64,000 nt of DNA from Oscillospiraceae bacterium (GTDB lineage Bacteria > Bacillota > Clostridia > Oscillospirales > CAG-272): NCBI GenBank assembly GCA_015064255.1, contig SVSP01000006.1:4007-68006 (forward strand). Direction: 5' to 3'. Made by a program: the position numbers and the translations under genes. The notes under the pieces were generated by a model. It had not been told where the DNA came from, searched no databases, and worked only from the letters and a program-made list of their open reading frames with translations. This document shows, in pieces, positions 58,113-64,000 of the stretch. Position 1 is the first letter of the stretch. The number at the start of each line of letters is the position of its first letter.

Positions 58113-58167
58113 CCAAAAGAAAAAACCCGAACAATCAGTGGATAATCACCAATTATTCGAGTTTTTC
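58113..58167 (-). terminator. Terminator of the minus-strand tRNA-Pro
   Basis: gaaaaactcgaataattggtg...cactgattgttcgggtttttt hairpin on the minus strand. Confidence 0.7.
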
Positions 58168-58243
58168 TGGTCTGAGTGACAAGACTTGAACTTGCGGCCT
58201 CTACCACCCCAAGGTAGCGCGCTACCAACTGCGCCACACCCAG
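58168..58243 (-). tRNA. Second tRNA-Pro(GGG), with encoded CCA
   Basis: First 50 nt identical to the copy at 36583. T stem GCAAG/CTTGT instead of GCTGG/CCAGT. Ends ACCA. Confidence 0.93.
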
Positions 58244-58270
58244 ATCTTGCGCTTGGCGCGGTTCCTGTAG

Positions 58271-59319
58271 TCTATTTCCATGATGATCTGTGACGACCGT
58301 ATCGCGGCTGCAGCTCCCGTATGCTTCACAACGACCCGCAGAGAAATTGTATCCACCAACCAGACACAGGATGCGGAGCAGATCTGACCCGGATGTGCAG
58401 CATATGGCTTTGACCATTTTGAACCGTATATCATGTTTGCACCGAAGCCTGCCATCATTCTGGCAAGCAGTGCGTTTTTCTGTAAGGTATTTGGTATTGA
58501 AAGAGGAACACCGTCCGAATTACAGCCGCTGCCGGACGAGGAACTCATGACAACAAAGACCGGAAATGTGCTGGGCGATTTCGGTGATGCGGTGACCATT
58601 CCCGACGAAACAGCGAACAGGCGGTACAACTGCGCGCCATCCGAAAAAAGGAGCAGGCACATAAATGGCTTTCCGATCGGGTTCAGTATGCGCGGATCCC
58701 GTGGAAACCCTGGCTGCGCATGACAGAATGCGGCAATGATCTGGTGATTGACGGTTACACCGGAAAAGGCTCGATGTGGTGGGTTCAGAAAGAGCTTTCT
58801 GCATTCGGTGTGTTTATTTCGAAGGGTGTCAACAAGGACATTCCCGATTGTCCGATTGTAATTGCGTTGTGGGACAACGGAACACGGGCGATTGCCGAAC
58901 ATTCCGACTGGATCAGTGAACAGTGCGATGCAGGAAAGCAGGTGCTTGTCGTCGATCTGCCCGGAAGCGGAGCATTACAGCAGGTTTCACTCTGGCACTA
59001 TAAAGGAACGCTGTTCAAAATGTGTTATGACCTGATTTACATGGATGACAGTATGGCTGCAATGCAGACCTATCATCTGCTTCGCACCGTTGACATGCTT
59101 CGTGATGTGCTTCATATCGATCAGGTGTCCTTCTATTGTGATGATTATGAAGGTGTATATGGCATTTTGGCGGGTTATCTTACCGGACTGGAACGGGAAT
59201 ACGGACAGAATCTTCTTTGCAGTGCCGAAAAACAGATTATCGCGCAAAGACCACGCTCTCAGGATATCCATCTGCGATATATTATTCCCGGAATGCTGGA
59301 ATATTTTGACTTTGATTAA
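58271..59319 (+). pseudogene. Degraded alpha/beta-hydrolase (acetylxylan esterase-like)
   Basis: DDRIAAAAPVCF...QDAEQ...FAPKP motifs; in-frame TGA at 58385; frameshift near 58615; no 5' end. Confidence 0.6.
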
Positions 59320-59711
59320 TTGATGTAAACGGGTTATATAAATTTCAATTTTGCATTTGAATTTCGACAGAATCCGCTTAATAATATCAATGAAGCAGAT
59401 CATTGTATCACACTCAAGGGGGATAAATGTCCGTTACAAGATTCTGGTACAATCTTCATTCATCTTGCCTTATGTGGGTTTTTGTTGGAAAAATAAATTC
59501 TGAAAATGATACGATTCTTTGCGGTTCAACAAGCCTCGAAAGTCGGAGTATAAGTAACGCAATGGTTATCTTTAGCCTTAGATTCTGCATCGAAATGTGT
59601 AAATCATGGTCTCAATTTCAAAACGGTAAAAATGTACTTGATTTTTTGAATACTATGTGGTATAATACCGTTAGGTAAAGGCTTTCTTTGACCCCAAGTG
59701 CATTATTTTTT

Positions 59712-59757
59712 GGTACATAGTTCCGGTACATACCGGTCAAATTCATGTACCATGTAC
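59712..59757. repeat. GGTACAT direct and inverted repeats (putative arm sites)
   Basis: ggtacata at 59712 and 59725; catgtac at 59744 and 59751; about 110 bp inside the right att repeat. Confidence 0.5.
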
Positions 59758-59868
59758 ATTTTGCAGGGCAAACGATATAAGCCGAAAAAGTGCTGAAAAG
59801 CGATAAAAAAACAATGATTTTGGCGAAAAAAGACGTTTTTCGCCGATCTCCTGCCCCCAAAAAGCCAG

Positions 59869-59916
59869 TTGGGGTGGTAGAGGCCGCTGATTTCAAGTCC
59901 AGTCACTCAGATAAAA
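59869..59916 (+). repeat. attR-like duplicate of the tRNA-Pro 3' half
   Basis: ttggggtggtagaggccgctgatttcaagtccagtcactcagataaaa versus 36614-36660; small difference in the T stem. Confidence 0.9.
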
Positions 59917-59951
59917 AAAGTCGAATGAGTTTTTGCTCGTTCGACTTTTTC
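59913..59951. terminator. Intrinsic terminator after attR (probably the original tRNA terminator)
   Basis: aaaaagtcgaatgag/ctcgttcgacttttt. Confidence 0.75.
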
Positions 59952-60249
59952 TGTTTTATTGACAAATTTTGAATCAGCATCTGAAATCACGCCCTGAGCA
60001 AAGCGCAGAGGGGTATGTTAGTACATAAACCAAGCATCACTACCATCAGTAATAGAAGAGCTATGAAAGAAATTTTAGTTTTCATTGATTATAATGTAAT
60101 TTCTGTGTAATTGCAAATCAAGATACCATTATACAGTCCCGTTCCCTAAAAATCAGTTAGACCGAAAGTGTATTAGTTTCATTTCTTTTTAATTTCCTTT
60201 TCACTCCAAATACCCGCTTGTAAACGGTAAATGGTCAATTTTCTTTGTT

Positions 60250-61038
60250 CTAATTCTTTCTGAAAATATCCAATATATGATTTGTTGTGCCAACCATATC
60301 AGCACGATCGCAGATGCAAAGATGATATTTCATATATTTTGAAAAAGTACCCTCATCCATTTCGTCCACAGCATTTCCGATAAAATGTGTAAGCATATCT
60401 GTACCAACATAATGTAACCTTTCAACATCGAATGTTCCCATCAGCTTATCAATATCTTCTTTTCTGTAGAGCGCAAAAATCTCTCTTGGTGTGGAGCTGA
60501 GAGTAAAAGTTTTCGGATCTATCAAATTGCTGTACTGTTCGTTGTTGATACCACCACGCACAAAGCAAAACTGATAAACAGTCATATCACTGTTGCAGTA
60601 TGCCGCAAATACAATGCCGCCTTTCTTGGTTACACGAATTGCCTCGCTCATAGCGGCAAGCTTATCCTCATCGGTATAGAGGTGATACATAGGTCCAAGC
60701 AGGAGTGTGATATCGTACTGTTCAGAAGAAATATTCTGAAGATCTACTGCATCGCCTTGTTGGACGGTGATATTTTCTCCATCTTTCGTGTTAGTCTTAA
60801 ATACTTCAATATTGCATTCCATAAGCTCGACGGCATCCACGTCATATCCATTCTGCGCAAAATAATGCGAATACCGTCCGGTACCTGCGCCGATCTCAAG
60901 GATTCGCATATCGGGTTTCAGATACTTCTCAACGTAATGAATCGTAGTCAGAAACTCTACCATACCGTGCTTGGACGTAAGTCGGGTGTCTTCATTGTGA
61001 GTAGTGTAATAGTTTTTCAGTGCTTCCATTCTTTCCAT
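60250..61038 (-). CDS. Class I SAM-dependent methyltransferase (start reassigned to ATG 61038)
   Basis: LEIGAGTGRYS, LLLGPMYHL; SD GGAGG. Confidence 0.88.
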   Translation of the reverse strand: MERMEALKNYYTTHNEDTRLTSKHGMVEFLTTIHYVEKYLKPDMRILEIGAGTGRYSHYFAQNGYDVDAVELMECNIEVFKTNTKDGENITVQQGDAVDLQNISSEQYDITLLLGPMYHLYTDEDKLAAMSEAIRVTKKGGIVFAAYCNSDMTVYQFCFVRGGINNEQYSNLIDPKTFTLSSTPREIFALYRKEDIDKLMGTFDVERLHYVGTDMLTHFIGNAVDEMDEGTFSKYMKYHLCICDRADMVGTTNHILDIFRKN

Positions 61039-61050
61039 AATTCTACCTCC

Positions 61051-61098
61051 AAAAAACAAAAAACGGTGCAAATCGAAAATCACTTCGACTTGCACCGT
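61051..61098 (-). terminator. Leader terminator (attenuator) upstream of the methyltransferase
   Basis: acggtgcaagtcgaa/ttcgatttgcaccgt plus a T run immediately before the SD. Confidence 0.8.
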
Positions 61099-61132
61099 CA
61101 TTATCCTGATATCATATAGTCCTACAAAAAGA

Positions 61133-61243
61133 CTATACTGAAATTTGGGCACGACAATACAAGCCCGACAGATACCAAAGCACAGTATCCACGCCGCACA
61201 CTTCAACAGTATTCATAACTCGATTAAGGTTATAAACTGCCAT
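61133..61243 (-). CDS. Putative 36-aa leader peptide MAVYNLNRVMNTVEVCGVDTVLWYLSGLYCRAQISV
   Basis: SD GAAAGGA; lies between a consensus promoter and the attenuator hairpin. Confidence 0.6.
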   Translation of the reverse strand: MAVYNLNRVMNTVEVCGVDTVLWYLSGLYCRAQISV

Positions 61244-61275
61244 TGCCGTAATCCTTTCATAAAAATATTTTGGTC

Positions 61276-61304
61276 ATTATATCATAGCTTTACATTTCTG
61301 TCAA
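61276..61304 (-). promoter_or_regulatory. SigA-type promoter of the leader-methyltransferase unit
   Basis: TTGACA-17 nt-TATAAT with TG extension on the minus strand. Confidence 0.8.
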
Positions 61305-61359
61305 TATGTTTTGAAAATATTTTTAAGCTTTACTCAAAATAAACGGAGAATTTCCCACG

Positions 61360-62736
61360 TCACACCATATCTTCGGGATGGAACACCTCATCAAATTTTT
61401 CAGCGGTAAGAAAACCGAGTTCAACACACGCTTCCTTTAGTGAAATATTGTCTTTATAAGCCTTCTTTGCTGTTTTAGCGGCATTTTCATATCCGATGTA
61501 CGGATTAAGCGCGGTAACAAGCATAAGTGAATTGTGCAGATTGTGATGCATTTTTTCTTTATTTGCTTTGATTCCCACCGCACAGTTCTTATTGAATGAA
61601 ACGATAGCTTCTGCGAGAAGTCTTGCAGACTGAAGGAAATTATACGCACACACAGGCATAAATACGTTAAGCTCAAAGTTGCCTTGAGAAGCCGCCATAC
61701 CGACTGTTACGTCATTACCCATAACCTGTACGGCTACCATTGTAACAGCTTCACACTGTGTGGGGTTAACCTTACCGGGCATAATAGACGATCCCGGTTC
61801 ATTTTCCGGAATGAATATTTCTCCAAGACCGTCGCGGGGTCCGGAAGCAAGCCAACGCACGTCGTTTGCTATCTTCATCATATCGCAGGCAAGTGCCTTA
61901 ACCGCACCGTGTGCAAATACGATTTCGTCCTTTGACGTAAGTGCGTGGAATTTGTTTGATGCTGTAATAAACGGTTTGCCTGTGATGGCCCCGATTTCTT
62001 CCGCAACGGTTTTAGCAAAAGCAGCGGGAGCGTTAAGACCTGTACCAACTGCCGTACCTCCGAGAGCAAGCTCGTACAGCGGTTCGAGAGAGCGCTTTAT
62101 AAGCTCTACGTCCTTTTCAAGACTTGAACGCCATCCGCTGATCTCCTGGCTGAACTTAATGGGAGTCGCATCCTGCAGATGTGTTCTACCGCTTTTTACG
62201 ACACCTTCGTTTTCTTCTTCAAGTCTTTTCAGAGTAGAAATAAGCTCTGAAACAGCGGGAATAAGCTTGTCCTCAAGTATGAGCACGGCTGCGATATGCA
62301 TAGCTGTAGGAAACGTATCGTTAGATGACTGACTCATATTGGCATCATCGTTGGGATGAATAAGCTTCTTTCCGAGGATTTGATTACTTCTATTTGCAAT
62401 AACCTCATTTGCATTCATATTTGTCTGTGTTCCGGAGCCTGTCTGCCATACAACGAGAGGGAAGTTATCACTAAGCATTCCATTAATAATTTCATCGCAC
62501 GCAGCCGAAATAGCAACAAGCTTTTCATCTGTCATTTTTTCGGGACGAAGCGTATGATTTGTTATAGCTGCCGCTTTCTTAAGTACTCCGAAAGCGTGAA
62601 TTATTTCTTTCGGCATAGTTTCAATACCCACACCGATTTCAAAATTTTCGTGACTTCTCTGTGTCTGAGCTGCCCAAAGCTTATCTGCGGGAACCTTTAC
62701 CTCACCCATAGAGTCGTGTTCAATACGGTATTCCAT
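61360..62736 (-). CDS. fumC: Class II fumarate hydratase
   Basis: [15 protein letters not shown] signature, [17 protein letters not shown]. Confidence 0.96.
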   Translation of the reverse strand: MEYRIEHDSMGEVKVPADKLWAAQTQRSHENFEIGVGIETMPKEIIHAFGVLKKAAAITNHTLRPEKMTDEKLVAISAACDEIINGMLSDNFPLVVWQTGSGTQTNMNANEVIANRSNQILGKKLIHPNDDANMSQSSNDTFPTAMHIAAVLILEDKLIPAVSELISTLKRLEEENEGVVKSGRTHLQDATPIKFSQEISGWRSSLEKDVELIKRSLEPLYELALGGTAVGTGLNAPAAFAKTVAEEIGAITGKPFITASNKFHALTSKDEIVFAHGAVKALACDMMKIANDVRWLASGPRDGLGEIFIPENEPGSSIMPGKVNPTQCEAVTMVAVQVMGNDVTVGMAASQGNFELNVFMPVCAYNFLQSARLLAEAIVSFNKNCAVGIKANKEKMHHNLHNSLMLVTALNPYIGYENAAKTAKKAYKDNISLKEACVELGFLTAEKFDEVFHPEDMV

Positions 62737-62980
62737 TTTTTATCCTTTCAAAACATACTTAATTTATTTGACTCTCTTAAACGCCGCTGATTATACCATA
62801 AAAACGCAAATAAATCAAGAGTATTACGACAATACATAGCATTTATATCATAAAGTTTTGAATTTATATTCAATTATGACCGTTTTAATTCTCCTGATAC
62901 TTGAAAATCAAAGTCTGTTTATGTTATAATGAATTTAATTTTATATTGGTATTTCACTTATCTGCCTTTAGGAGAATATT

Positions 62981-64000
62981 ATGACTTCAAACAATTTCAA
63001 AAGAACCAAGCTTGCTTGCTATTCGGCATATTATCTTATGTCATCTATCTTTATTCTTCCGCCGCTTCTCTTTATGACATTCCACGAAATGTACGGAATA
63101 TCATACACGCTTCTCGGAACTCTCGTTCTTACGAATTTCTGTACACAACTTACGATCGATCTTATCTTTACATTTTTCTCAAAGCATTTCAACGTACATA
63201 AAATCGTAAAAACTATGCCGCTTATAACGTCGCTCGGACTTTTGCTGTACGCATTTGCTCCTTTGATCTTTCCCGATGCCGTGTTCGTAGGTCTTTTTAT
63301 AGGAACCGTAATATTTTCGGTATCTGCGGGATTTTCAGAGGTACTGCTCAGCCCCGTGATCGCGGCTATTCCTTCGGATAATCCCCAGCGCGATATGAGT
63401 ACACTTCATTCGCTGTATGCTTTCGGTGTTTTGACGGTAGTAATCATAAGTACAATCTTTCTCAAATTTTTCGGAAATGACAACTGGATGTATCTCACCG
63501 TATTTTTTGCCGCGCTTCCTGTAATTTCAGCAGTTCTTTTTATGATTTCTCCTATGCCTAATATGGACAACACAAGCACGTCCTCGACGTTTGAGCGCAC
63601 AAAGAAAAAGGGAATAGGTCTTACTATCTGCGTAGTAGCGATTTTCTTCGGAAGCTGTGCCGAAAACGTAATGTCAAACTGGATATCAAGCTATATGGAA
63701 AACGCTCTCCATATCGACAAAGCACTCGGAGATATACTCGGTATCGCTATCTTCGCAGTTTTACTCGGGCTTGTTCGTATCACTTATGCAAAATACGGAA
63801 AAAATATCTGTAAATTTCTCCTTATAGGTATGATAGGCGCAACTATATGCTATCTTGTTGCAGGTCTTTCAAACAATATTGTTACGGCTCTGATAGCTTG
63901 TGTTCTCACTGGTCTTTTTACGTCAATGCTTTGGCCGGGGGCACTTATAATGATGGAAGAGAATATTCCGGGTGTCGGAGTTGCAGCGTACGCGCTTATG
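62981..64000 (+). CDS. MFS transporter, 3'-partial (absent from the ORF track)
   Basis: SD AGGAG, ATG 62981, open frame to the window end with many TM segments (MTSNNFKRTKLACY...EVLLSPVIAA...LHSLYAFG). Confidence 0.85.
   Translation, partial: MTSNNFKRTKLACYSAYYLMSSIFILPPLLFMTFHEMYGISYTLLGTLVLTNFCTQLTIDLIFTFFSKHFNVHKIVKTMPLITSLGLLLYAFAPLIFPDAVFVGLFIGTVIFSVSAGFSEVLLSPVIAAIPSDNPQRDMSTLHSLYAFGVLTVVIISTIFLKFFGNDNWMYLTVFFAALPVISAVLFMISPMPNMDNTSTSSTFERTKKKGIGLTICVVAIFFGSCAENVMSNWISSYMENALHIDKALGDILGIAIFAVLLGLVRITYAKYGKNICKFLLIGMIGATICYLVAGLSNNIVTALIACVLTGLFTSMLWPGALIMMEENIPGVGVAAYALM

Larger units (their letters stand above)
36614..59916. mobile_element. About 23.3 kb genomic island (composite, no integrase) at tRNA-Pro(GGG)
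   Basis: Bounded by direct repeats of the tRNA 3' half (36614-36660 and 59869-59916). Cargo is a glycan locus, phage remnants and pseudogenes. Confidence 0.8.

Noticed and set aside
58385-58387. In-frame TGA as selenocysteine or recoding
   Set aside because: The gene has other lesions; a TGG-to-TGA nonsense change is simpler.
58103-58902. Minus-strand ORFs 58103-58417 and 58222-58902
   Set aside because: They overlap the tRNA-Pro and are antisense to the esterase pseudogene, with no recognisable motifs.
59622-59672. Promoter-like TTGATT-17-TATAAT flanked by AACGGTA/TACCGTT, as a possible invertible promoter
   Set aside because: The inverted repeat is only 7 bp, there is no invertase nearby and no downstream gene; compatible with chance.
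59980-60240. Short minus-strand signal-peptide-like ORF (MKTKISFIALLLLMVVMLGL...)
   Set aside because: About 32 codons with no SD; probably a remnant, too weak to call.
61039-61206. N-terminal extension of the methyltransferase ORF in the track
   Set aside because: It crosses the leader terminator; a strong SD precedes ATG 61038.
62929-63201. 90-aa ORF in the track
   Set aside because: Out-of-frame overlap with the MFS transporter starting at 62981.
1-64000. CRISPR array, rRNA, IS transposase, integrase, reverse transcriptase/DGR
   Set aside because: No regularly spaced repeat-spacer array and no such protein motifs were seen by eye. The many short antisense ORFs in the track are shadows of the annotated genes.

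Overview
Chromosomal segment of a low-GC Firmicute. Gene content, SigA-type promoters and an SLH protein suggest a Clostridia-like anaerobe (inference). 1-36.4 kb is mostly core or metabolic: three tandem BNR/Asp-box GH93-like hydrolases, iorAB, two GH2 enzymes, folD, lgt, an M16 peptidase pair, a 2.4 kaa cyclic beta-1,2-glucan synthase-like protein, comEC, HU, an extended ECF sigma factor, queH, nudF and two tRNA-Arg genes. A ~23 kb integrase-less island runs from tRNA-Pro(GGG) at 36583 to a duplicate of its 3' half at 59869-59916. It carries a pseudo-receiver protein, a 1486 aa SLH surface protein and a truncated surface-glycan locus. Its right end is a mosaic: a phage-type dnaE fragment inverted in place, a Pth2 remnant, a second foreign tRNA-Pro in opposite orientation, and an esterase pseudogene. 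Three different arm-like repeat sets lie beside the three att-like sites. After the island come a methyltransferase with an unannotated leader peptide and attenuator, fumC, and a partial MFS transporter. All calls come from reading motifs by eye; no database searches were run.
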